Part shown: piece by piece, positions 1 through 7,526 of the stretch
Position numbering within the stretch: the first letter of the stretch is position 1
Layout of the letters: the number at the start of each line of letters is the position of its first letter
Source of the DNA: Candidatus Gottesmanbacteria bacterium
GTDB taxonomy: Bacteria > Patescibacteriota > Microgenomatia > UBA10105 > UBA927
Assembly: GCA_963701185.1 (NCBI GenBank)
Contig: OY969569.1
Coordinates: forward strand, 383,054 to 447,053
DNA length: 64,000 nucleotides
Direction of reading: 5' to 3'
Translations under genes and position numbers: made by a program
Notes under the pieces: model-generated
Database searches by the model: none
What the model saw: only the letters and a program-made list of their open reading frames with translations
Told to the model about the DNA's origin: nothing

Positions 1-81
1 TCTCAAAGTCATCTTCGAAGTGGCGGAGGAATGGATCCGCTTCATCCGCACGAAAAAGGAAGAAATTGTATAGTCAGCTTT

Positions 82-111
82 GAAGACTGTCTTTGTACAA
101 AGACAGTCTTC
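82..111. repeat. REP-like hairpin copy 1 (gaagactgtctttgtacaaagacagtcttc)
   Basis: 30-nt palindrome read directly: 13-bp arms around a 4-nt centre. It overlaps the stop codon of the RAYT gene (110..754). Confidence 0.85.
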
Positions 112-754
112 ATTCGTCAAAACGTAACTCTGCGGGTATATTACGTATAGAGTCAGTTGCTTCAACGAAATCCTTATACCGAACAAACGGCAGTTCTTTC
201 TGATGATTGGTAAAGTGGCTTAAAATAATTGCTGTGTTGAGCCAAATCGCATGTTTTTTTCCAAGATAATAACTGTAACTTGAATACGGATACAAAACTG
301 GGTCTGTGCATATTTCAGGAATGGGATTCCTATGAATATACCGAGAAAGATACAAAAAATACGATTCATTATCGATATGTATCGCCTTATATCGTCCCTG
401 AAACAAATGTCCTTGGCGGGTATATTTTTTATTAAAAAATTTCACATATCTTGTGATCACGCTTCGCATGAATGTTTCTATTCCGTTAAAGTCTTTCTGA
501 TGTACAAACAGATGAAAGTGGTTAGGCATCATAACAAAACAAAGCAAGTTTACATGGGTATACAAATTTTTCCTTTTTATGAGTATTTTTGTTGGGTCTT
601 CTTCAGGAGGCGGGGACAAACAGTCTTTAATAATTCGTAAGAATACCGAATAATCCATTTCATCTAAAAAGATGGGGCGCTTATCAACTCCTCTATTGTA
701 AATATGATAATACCCATCTGCCACATACTCTTTCAGTTCGTTTTTGGCAGGCAT
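110..754 (-). CDS. IS200/IS605-like Y1 (HuH) transposase, REP-associated tyrosine transposase (RAYT) type
   Basis: HuH motif NHFHLFV and catalytic Tyr motif YIHRNPI. The N-terminal YHIYNRG is typical of TnpA_REP/COG1943. Both ends are flanked by REP-like hairpins. Confidence 0.85.
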   Translation of the reverse strand: MPAKNELKEYVADGYYHIYNRGVDKRPIFLDEMDYSVFLRIIKDCLSPPPEEDPTKILIKRKNLYTHVNLLCFVMMPNHFHLFVHQKDFNGIETFMRSVITRYVKFFNKKYTRQGHLFQGRYKAIHIDNESYFLYLSRYIHRNPIPEICTDPVLYPYSSYSYYLGKKHAIWLNTAIILSHFTNHQKELPFVRYKDFVEATDSIRNIPAELRFDE

Positions 755-770
755 AAATCCTAGTGTAGTT

Positions 771-802
771 CAAAGACTGTCTTTACGTAAAGACAGTCTT
801 TG
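771..802. repeat. REP-like hairpin copy 2 (caaagactgtctttacgtaaagacagtctttg)
   Basis: 32-nt perfect palindrome immediately 5' of the RAYT start. It has the same agactgtcttt / aaagacagtct arms as copy 1. Confidence 0.85.
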
Positions 803-1339
803 TCATTTAGCGGATGTCAGAGGATCGAATTTCAAATTCTCAAAAAACTTCATCTGTGACGCATGCATCTTTTGGGCGCGGGGGCTTTCGTTCATTACCC
901 AAAGTGTAGATCTGAATTCTTCCGGCCTGCTGTCGCGGAGCAAAAGTCTATTCCGTTCCTGAACCTTTTTAAATTCCTCTGTTAATCTCCCCGTGTATCC
1001 CGGAGGCAACATGGATATCGTTAGACTCTCTGAAGACATTTCAGCCAGATGTGAGAACTTATCTTTCTCCCGCAGGTATACATCATATGAGTACCCGCTT
1101 CCGTCCGGTTTTCCGAACTGGCTTCCGATACCCACCTCAATATCAGGTCCGAATCTCTTTTTCAAGTATGCTTCAACGTTTTTCGGTACATAGGATTGTC
1201 TGTCGCGGACATCAGGACGACTAGAAGCGGGCAAGGGGTTTCTCATATTTTCTTCCTGATCCCATTCCAAAATAAGCCTGTTCCACTTCTGAAACTCAAC
1301 TTCCTGTGGTTTATCTTCCGGTACGGTATTTACATTCAT
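803..1339 (-). CDS. hypothetical protein (178 aa)
   Basis: Long ORF abutting REP copy 2. No recognisable motif. Confidence 0.4.
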   Translation of the reverse strand: MNVNTVPEDKPQEVEFQKWNRLILEWDQEENMRNPLPASSRPDVRDRQSYVPKNVEAYLKKRFGPDIEVGIGSQFGKPDGSGYSYDVYLREKDKFSHLAEMSSESLTISMLPPGYTGRLTEEFKKVQERNRLLLRDSRPEEFRSTLWVMNESPRAQKMHASQMKFFENLKFDPLTSAK

Positions 1340-1396
1340 AAGGTCAATATACTGTTCTTTTCAACATAAAGCAAATAACTATTTAACCTTGATTTG

Positions 1397-1469
1397 TGAG
1401 CGCGCAGAGAATCGAACTCTGAACCGACTCCTTAAGAGGGAGTTGCTCTACCAGTTGAGCTACGCGCCC
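1397..1469 (-). tRNA. tRNA-Lys (anticodon CTT)
   Basis: Reverse complement folds as a cloverleaf: acceptor gggcgcg/cgcgctc, anticodon loop ctCTTaa, T-loop ttcgatt. CCA is not encoded. Confidence 0.85.
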
Positions 1470-1473
1470 TGAG

Positions 1474-1545
1474 CGCCCTCGAGAGGAATCGAACCTCTAT
1501 GAGCAGTTCCGAAGACTGCTGCTTTATCCGTTAAGCTACGAGGGC
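1474..1545 (-). tRNA. tRNA-Arg (anticodon TCG)
   Basis: Reverse complement gccctcgtagcttaacggataaagcagcagtcttcggaactgc.... Anticodon stem gcagt/actgc, loop ctTCGga, T-arm agagg-ttcgatt-cctct. Confidence 0.8.
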
Positions 1546-1600
1546 AACCTCATAATTATACCAGCAACACGCTGATAAATCGATTTGCTATACTGTAACG

Positions 1601-2902
1601 GTGGAAAGCAACCGGGAGTCTACAGTAAATTATATTGAAGGCGGATCACCCGAGATAACAGTCGGAGAAAATATCGGATGGGCGCAAAAAATTTTCAAGG
1701 CATTCCCGGCATTTAAAAGTAAAAAATTCCAGCTGTATTTCGGCGGACAGCTCATTTCCGTCATCGGGACATGGCTCCAAATTGTCGCCGAGGGGTGGCT
1801 CGTGTACCAGCTTACCCATTCCGCATTCTACGTCGGACTGGACGCCGCGGCCGCCACCATTCCCTCGCTCTTTTTATCATTACTGGGCGGCGTCATCGTG
1901 GATAGGTATCCCAAAAAACGTATCCTGATATTTACACAGTCCGCCTCAATGGTATTGGCGTTTACCCTCGGAATCCTTACGGTTTTACAGGTGATCACGG
2001 TATGGGAAATTATCACGCTTGCGTTTTTATTGGGCGTCGTCAACGCCATCGACGCGCCGGCAAGGCAAGCGATTATCACGGACCTTATCGACAACAAACA
2101 GTCGCTTGCATCCGCCATTGCACTCAATTCCGGCATCTTTAATGCCGCACGCGTCATCGGCCCGACCATTGCGGGACTCCTGATTGCGGCAGTCGGAGCA
2201 GGCACCGCCTTTATCCTCAATGGAGCAAGCTATATTGCCGTCATCATCGCGCTCTTCTATATCCGTCTGCCGGCAGCCGCACCGAACATTCATCTGGCTC
2301 CGATGAAGGCAATCCGGGAAGGTCTCAGCTATACCTATCACCACGATATCATCAGGACGCTTCTTATTCTTTCCGGCGTCGTCTCCATTTTCGGCTGGTC
2401 ATATTCTACCCTTCTGCCGGTTATGGCCACGGAAACGTTTCACCTGGGAGCCATGGGGTTGGGATACCTGTATGCCGCCGCCGGACTTGGAGCACTTTTG
2501 GGCACCATATGTATCTCCGCATTTTCGCGCAAACTGGGGGCGATATTCTTTATCATCGGGGGAAATATCACATTTTCCGTTTCCCTCATCCTGTTCACGT
2601 TTGTCTCCAATGTGCCCATTGCACTCATTCTTTTATTCCTCATCGGTGCGGGTCTGGTTTCCCAGTTTGCCATGACCACAACGGTCATCCAGCATCAGGT
2701 GACCGACGCTCTCCGGGGGCGAGTGATGAGCGTCTATACGCTCGTATTTTTGGGGTTGAGCCCTCTCGGGAATCTCGAAATCGGATTTGCGGCCGAACAT
2801 CTTGGAACAGAAATGGCAATCCGCGTGAGCGCCCTCATTATGCTTGGCTTTGCCGTTTATCTTTTAACCAATAAAAAAAATGTCGCACGGCTTCGCATAT
2901 GA
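1601..2902 (+). CDS. MFS-family transporter (12-TM, EntS/MFS_3-like)
   Basis: 433-aa polytopic hydrophobic protein. Motif DRYPKKR after TM2 is typical of MFS loop 2-3. Confidence 0.65.
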   Translation: MESNRESTVNYIEGGSPEITVGENIGWAQKIFKAFPAFKSKKFQLYFGGQLISVIGTWLQIVAEGWLVYQLTHSAFYVGLDAAAATIPSLFLSLLGGVIVDRYPKKRILIFTQSASMVLAFTLGILTVLQVITVWEIITLAFLLGVVNAIDAPARQAIITDLIDNKQSLASAIALNSGIFNAARVIGPTIAGLLIAAVGAGTAFILNGASYIAVIIALFYIRLPAAAPNIHLAPMKAIREGLSYTYHHDIIRTLLILSGVVSIFGWSYSTLLPVMATETFHLGAMGLGYLYAAAGLGALLGTICISAFSRKLGAIFFIIGGNITFSVSLILFTFVSNVPIALILLFLIGAGLVSQFAMTTTVIQHQVTDALRGRVMSVYTLVFLGLSPLGNLEIGFAAEHLGTEMAIRVSALIMLGFAVYLLTNKKNVARLRI

Positions 2903-3174
2903 AGAGATGGCATGTCTATATCCTTCGCTGTGCTGATAATACACTCTATACCGGGGTGACGACAGATATTGAGCGCCGGATCCATGAACATAATATAAAA
3001 TCGTCAGGGGCAAAATATACGAAAGCGAAACGCCCGGTGACGCTTGTCTATTCTGAAGCGGTTCCAAACCGAAGTGCGGCGCTCAAACGCGAAGCGGCAA
3101 TAAAAAAACTATCAAAACGGGAGAAAGAAAACTTGACGCGACACCCGGGCTATGTAACTATAGAACCATGCTAA
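2899..3174 (+). CDS. GIY-YIG nuclease-domain protein (UPF0213/YhbQ-like)
   Basis: N-terminal WHVYILRCADNTLYTGVTTDIERRIHEHN matches the GIY-YIG signature. Confidence 0.75.
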   Translation: MKRWHVYILRCADNTLYTGVTTDIERRIHEHNIKSSGAKYTKAKRPVTLVYSEAVPNRSAALKREAAIKKLSKREKENLTRHPGYVTIEPC

Positions 3175-3764
3175 GGAAGACCCTATTGGCTTTATTGTGG
3201 TTTCCGCTCACATTCACTCTGCTTATCATAAACCTGACGATATTGGGAGCAACCTCCAACTGGGACCGTCCGACTCTTCCGCTCTCAAATGCCGCACCGA
3301 ATGAGAATAGCATCACGGCCGCAGGCGGCACATCGGAGGTTCTCTCGGCGACCGTTATCGCCGGCGACGCGCGGACGTTTCTCCTGGAATCATTTCTGAA
3401 AAGAAATAATTCTCCGATGACGCCCTACGCAGGTCTTATTGTGGAACAGGCAGATGCCTATAAGTTTGATTTCCGGCTGGTGCCTGCAATCGCCATGTGC
3501 GAATCGAATCTCGGGAAACGCGTACCGCTCAAATCCGGATTTAATCCCTTTGGTATTGCGGTGTATACGGGGAGCCAATCCGGCAAAAATTTTGACAGCT
3601 GGCAAACTGCTATTGAATGGGTGAGCAAGTATATTCACGACCGATATTACGTCCAGGGGATTACTGCACTTGCGGATATCGGGGCAATTTGGGCACCTCC
3701 GTCGGTTGCCGAGGGCGGTTCGTGGGCCGACTGCGTCGGATTCTTCATGAAAAAGCTCTATTGA
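3168..3764 (+). CDS. secreted protein with glucosaminidase/FlgJ-like domain (paralog 1)
   Basis: N-terminal TM/signal segment. AIAMCESNLGKR resembles the glucosaminidase A-x-ESxxG motif. Paralogous to 3869..4426. Confidence 0.45.
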   Translation: MLRKTLLALLWFPLTFTLLIINLTILGATSNWDRPTLPLSNAAPNENSITAAGGTSEVLSATVIAGDARTFLLESFLKRNNSPMTPYAGLIVEQADAYKFDFRLVPAIAMCESNLGKRVPLKSGFNPFGIAVYTGSQSGKNFDSWQTAIEWVSKYIHDRYYVQGITALADIGAIWAPPSVAEGGSWADCVGFFMKKLY

Positions 3765-3780
3765 CAAATAGCCCATAGAC

Positions 3781-3809
3781 TTGACAACTACCCCTATTTA
3801 GGCTATACT
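3781..3809 (+). promoter_or_regulatory. sigma70-like promoter TTGACA-17-TATACT
   Basis: ttgaca at 3781-3786 and tatact at 3804-3809, with a 17-nt spacer. It lies upstream of CDS 3869. Confidence 0.45.
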
Positions 3810-3868
3810 GCCGCCTTAGATCCTAAAGTAAGCTCGTTAAACAGTTTGCTTTAGGATTTTTTGGTGGT

Positions 3869-4426
3869 ATGAAAAAAATATTAACGATCATCATGCTCCT
3901 TTTAGCCTTATCTGGCCTCTCAACGGCCAAAGTTTTTGCCACATCTGAGGCTGGTTCTACTGCAACGCTTGCCTATCATGTAGCCTCAGATACAACGAAT
4001 GACACGCGGGTTAGGCGCCTCCGAATGTTTTTGGAATCGTATGATTCGCCGCTTGCCGCTGACGCCGCAACATTCGTCGCTGAAGCTGATAAATATAACC
4101 TCGATTGGAAGCTCGTTGCCGCGATCGCAGGCGTGGAATCCACATTCGGCAAACAGATTCCGACCGGCTCATATAACAGCTGGGGCTGGGGTGTATTTAC
4201 CGGAGCGGCGGACGGCGTCCATTTTAAAGACTGGGCGCAGGGTATCGCTGTGGTTTCCGAAGGGCTGCGCAAAAACTACATAGACCGCGGTGCCCGGGAC
4301 ATCTATGACATGGGCTGGATTTATGCCGCCAACGGTGATTCGTGGGCTTCGCATGTCCGCTACTTTATCGATAAACTGGAAACGTTTCAGCCCACCGAGG
4401 TTGCCCAACTACCGGTCTCCATCTAA
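3869..4426 (+). CDS. secreted protein with glucosaminidase/FlgJ-like domain (paralog 2)
   Basis: Signal peptide MKKILTIIMLLLALSGLSTA. AIAGVESTFGKQ motif. Colinear similarity to 3168..3764. Confidence 0.45.
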   Translation: MKKILTIIMLLLALSGLSTAKVFATSEAGSTATLAYHVASDTTNDTRVRRLRMFLESYDSPLAADAATFVAEADKYNLDWKLVAAIAGVESTFGKQIPTGSYNSWGWGVFTGAADGVHFKDWAQGIAVVSEGLRKNYIDRGARDIYDMGWIYAANGDSWASHVRYFIDKLETFQPTEVAQLPVSI

Positions 4427-4432
4427 GCGGGG

Positions 4433-4438
4433 TATAAT
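4433..4438 (+). promoter_or_regulatory. -10 box TATAAT for tRNA-Leu
   Basis: ggtataat, 8 nt upstream of the tRNA 5' end. Confidence 0.4.
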
Positions 4439-4446
4439 ATCACTAT

Positions 4447-4527
4447 GCCGCAGTGGTGGAATGGTATACACGTACGCTTTAGGAGCGTATGCCGAAAGGC
4501 TTAGGGGTTCAACTCCTCTCTGCGGCA
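4447..4527 (+). tRNA. tRNA-Leu (anticodon TAG), long variable arm
   Basis: gccgcag...tacgc-ttTAGga-gcgta, variable arm tgccgaaaggctta, T-arm, acceptor ctgcggc. CCA is not encoded. Confidence 0.8.
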
Positions 4528-4558
4528 CAGTAAAAATTATCTATTGATAAGGAGTATT

Positions 4559-5032
4559 ATGAGATATCTTGAAAGTCAATTACCTAGACGGGGTGAACCT
4601 TATACTAATCGCACAGAACCAAAAGAATATTTTGATTATCAGGATGAAATCAAAAGATTAGCCAATAATATAAGTCGTGAAACGGCTAATCATATTTTTC
4701 ATTTGATCCACAGCGCAGAACAATCTTACCAACCTGCGACGGGAAAAAGAGCTGAACTATTGGAGGATCACCGAGATGATGTGGCGGATATTTTTTTCAG
4801 TTCGACCCAATACGCAGAATATTTTTATCAACACGCGATGGGAAATTGCATCGAACAATTAAATAACCCCCGGTATGTAGAAAGGACCCTGAGAAATTTA
4901 TACCCTGTTTTATTAAGAGAATTTCCGTCGTTACGGTCGATCTTTCGAGAGTCGATTACAAAATTGCCACATGGAGAAGAGGTGATTATGGCGATACAAG
5001 GATTGGATGATTTTAAAGATCTTTTCAAGTAA
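4559..5032 (+). CDS. hypothetical protein (157 aa) in islet
   Basis: ATG at 4559 with an aaggag RBS. AT-rich. No known motif. Confidence 0.45.
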   Translation: MRYLESQLPRRGEPYTNRTEPKEYFDYQDEIKRLANNISRETANHIFHLIHSAEQSYQPATGKRAELLEDHRDDVADIFFSSTQYAEYFYQHAMGNCIEQLNNPRYVERTLRNLYPVLLREFPSLRSIFRESITKLPHGEEVIMAIQGLDDFKDLFK

Positions 5033-5161
5033 ATCCATTTTCAATCCATATTGACAACATATATTCGTGTTAATTATAGTTGTGAGCTAATTGATATTTT
5101 GTGTTGGTAAAACACTTGTTTTCCATTGATTAATCCACATAATCGTGTCGTAATTTAGGAT

Positions 5162-5587
5162 ATGAAGCAAAATATCCCTAAAAAGCGACGTATTTGTGTG
5201 GACTGTAATAGTAAATTAATTAAGTGGGGGGAAACCGGTAAAGGTCGGATTCAATACCGTTGTCCGTTGTGTTTAAAAACAAAATCTTCAACCCCTCGAA
5301 CACATCGGCCACCAACCTATCTCGTCACTCAACCTACTCGGGGAATTATCTCGATTTGTGGTTTCAAGATCAGCTGTTTCAAACTCCACCACACTTTTCA
5401 CTTCCCATTCCTCATCGAGAAGAACAATACGTTTTACTCGACGGTCTTTGGTTTGGGGATAATCTCAATCTTCTTGCTTACAGACTTCATCATTGGCCAT
5501 TTATCATTCATCACTCTTTTGGGAAAAGAAAGACGACCGCTCGTAGAGGTTCAACTCCTCTCTGCGGCACAACATAACACCTTTTGA
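5162..5587 (+). pseudogene. IS1595-family transposase remnant (N-terminal zinc ribbon only, probably frameshifted or truncated)
   Basis: CVDCNSKLIKWGETGKGRIQYRCPLC matches the Zn_Tnp_IS1595 ribbon. The overlapping frame 5260..5577 carries the continuation (QYVLLDGLWFGDN). Total length is far short of a DDE transposase. Confidence 0.45.
5548..5571. repeat. direct repeat of tRNA-Leu 3' end (putative attR)
   Basis: Identical 24 nt to 4506-4529. Extended similarity of 28 nt with 1 mismatch. Confidence 0.8.
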
Positions 5588-5626
5588 TCTCTTGAATCTT
5601 CATCAAAATCCGCATATTCTTATACT

Positions 5627-5881
5627 ATGTTAACCACCCGTGATCTTTCGCAAATACAAAAAATTGTCCAGCTTGAATCAAAAAAATCGATCCAATCTGA
5701 AACGCCGGGTATCGTCAAAAAAATTGTACAGGAGGAACTGAAACCAATTAAAAAGGATATCCTGGCAATAAAGAAAGATATAAATCTCATTGTCAAAACA
5801 TTCGATCGTGATTATGTCGCGCTTCGCAAAAAAGTCGAACGCCTAGAAACTCAGCCCTTTCCGTTATTTACGCACGCCTGA
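5627..5881 (+). CDS. hypothetical small coiled-coil protein (84 aa)
   Basis: Lys/Ile-rich heptad-like sequence. C-terminus is loosely similar to 17783..18115. Confidence 0.35.
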   Translation: MLTTRDLSQIQKIVQLESKKSIQSETPGIVKKIVQEELKPIKKDILAIKKDINLIVKTFDRDYVALRKKVERLETQPFPLFTHA

Positions 5882-5902
5882 TTTCATGATACAATTCTTC
5901 CC

Positions 5903-6724
5903 ATGACTTCAACAATAAATCGGGAAACGGACGGGTCTATAGCGATTACCATTACCATCCCCTGGGCGGATGTGGCCAAAACATACGAGAAGGTCGTTGC
6001 CGATATGGTCAATCATGCGGAGCTTCCGGGCTTCCGCATCGGCAAAGCCCCCCGCGAACTGGTCGAAAAAAATATCGACAAAACAAAAGTCTATGAAGAG
6101 GCATTAAAAACTTTAATCCCGGATTCCTACAATGCCGCAGTAACGGAACAAAAAGTCAAACCGATCGTCAGCCCAAAAATTGAACTCAAGGATGCCACCG
6201 AAAACAAAGACTGGGTATTTATTGCCCACACCTGCGAAAAACCGAATATCGCGATAGGGGAGTATAAAACGGCCATCCAGGGCACCAAAACAAAAATATT
6301 AAAACCCGGCGAAGAACCAAAAAAACCCACACTCGATGAACTTCTTGCCGCTTTATATCATAATGTAACTGTCACACTCCCGTCACTTCTTATCGAACAC
6401 GAAGTAAACCGTCTGCTATCGGAACTTATCGACCAGACCAAAAAACTCGGGCTGACCGTCGAGCAATATCTGGCGTCGACTGCACGCACCAGCGAAACAA
6501 TCAAGAAAGAATATGAAGAGCAGGCAAAACGGACGCTCACATTGGAATTTGCACTTGAGGAAATCGCCGATGCCGAGGGCATTCTTGTATCTGACGATGA
6601 TATCGATGCCGTCATTAAAACCGGCAAAACCGATGAAGAAAAGAAGACACTGGAAAATCAACGCTACTATTTGGCATCGGTCCTGCGCCGCCAGAAAACC
6701 CTTGACTTTCTCGCTTCAATATAA
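5903..6724 (+). CDS. tig: trigger factor, short form lacking the PPIase domain
   Basis: ELPGFRIGKAPRELVEK is the TF ribosome-binding signature (GFRxGKxP). The C-terminal arm domain is present. Only 273 aa. Confidence 0.7.
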   Translation: MTSTINRETDGSIAITITIPWADVAKTYEKVVADMVNHAELPGFRIGKAPRELVEKNIDKTKVYEEALKTLIPDSYNAAVTEQKVKPIVSPKIELKDATENKDWVFIAHTCEKPNIAIGEYKTAIQGTKTKILKPGEEPKKPTLDELLAALYHNVTVTLPSLLIEHEVNRLLSELIDQTKKLGLTVEQYLASTARTSETIKKEYEEQAKRTLTLEFALEEIADAEGILVSDDDIDAVIKTGKTDEEKKTLENQRYYLASVLRRQKTLDFLASI

Positions 6725-6772
6725 TATTACGGGAGTGTTGTACTTCTGCTTGTCCTGTAGTATAATTTCGTC

Positions 6773-7381
6773 ATGAACAATACGGCGTTCCAACAGATCA
6801 AACAGCCAAAACGGCCAGCATCCTACACGAATGACAGCATTCTTGAGGCCCTCCGCGATCTTAGCGGCGGCGTGGGAAAAACCGTCACACGGGATGTTGC
6901 CGGCAAAGTTGCCACCGATGCACTTGCGTCGCTTTTCGGGTCACCCATCAAACAGGGAGAAATGCATCAAAATGAAAGCATCGATTTTCCGGTTGAACGC
7001 CAACCACGTCCCCAGATGCGCCGTCCGGAAGTCCGGCCGACGGAAAAAGTACTCTTTCATGAAGATCCGCAGGTGAAACAACAGATCGAAGCGGTCCGCG
7101 CGGAACTGGCAGCACTGTCCAAATCCATCAAAATGCTCACGTCCGATATCCAAAAAGCTGTCGCGGAAGTACCGGTTGCGCCGGGAGTGTATCACGTGAC
7201 GTTTTACGAAAAACTGCGCGTGGTACTGCAATTGCTTCGCGAACAAATTGACGACAGCAGAAGCTGGCTTACCATGCACACCTCACGTAAAAAGAAAATG
7301 GGGTATTGGGGTATGTTCAAAAAGCACGGAACAACCTTTGGCCTCTCCAACGAACGCTCGATTGCCACCAGCGCCGGATAA
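6773..7381 (+). CDS. hypothetical protein (202 aa)
   Basis: Long ORF with no recognisable motif. Confidence 0.4.
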   Translation: MNNTAFQQIKQPKRPASYTNDSILEALRDLSGGVGKTVTRDVAGKVATDALASLFGSPIKQGEMHQNESIDFPVERQPRPQMRRPEVRPTEKVLFHEDPQVKQQIEAVRAELAALSKSIKMLTSDIQKAVAEVPVAPGVYHVTFYEKLRVVLQLLREQIDDSRSWLTMHTSRKKKMGYWGMFKKHGTTFGLSNERSIATSAG

Positions 7382-7389
7382 ATTTCTTG

Positions 7390-7463
7390 TGGACCTGAGA
7401 GGATTCGAACCTCTGACCTTTGCAATGTGAATGCAACGCTCTAACCAACTGAGCTACAAGTCC
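7390..7463 (-). tRNA. tRNA-Val (anticodon CAC)
   Basis: Reverse complement ggacttgtagctcagttggttagagcg-ttgca-ttCACat-tgcaa... with T-loop ttcgaat. CCA is not encoded. Confidence 0.8.
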
Positions 7464-7486
7464 ATCCTCATTATTATACAATAGCA

Positions 7487-7516
7487 TTGACGGGGCTTGC
7501 TATAGGGTGTTATAAT
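7487..7516 (+). promoter_or_regulatory. promoter TTGACG-18-TATAAT; near-leaderless start of the giant gene
   Basis: ttgacg at 7487-7492 and tataat at 7511-7516. The ATG at 7527 is only about 4 nt after the predicted TSS, with no SD. Confidence 0.4.
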
Positions 7517-7526
7517 CTGGCAAATC

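Larger units (their letters stand above)
4528..5571 (+). mobile_element. tRNA-Leu-associated AT-rich islet (degenerate integrative element) bounded by a direct repeat of the tRNA 3' end
   Basis: The 24-nt ggttcaactcctctctgcggcaca is present at 4506-4529 (tRNA 3' end) and again at 5548-5571. The interval is AT-rich and carries two ORFs, one an IS1595-type Zn-ribbon remnant. No integrase is present. Confidence 0.55.

Noticed and set aside
2-73. Partial C-terminal CDS fragment at the window start (…LKVIFEVAEEWIRFIRTKKEEIV*)
   Set aside because: Only 24 codons are visible with no motif. It cannot be supported as a feature.
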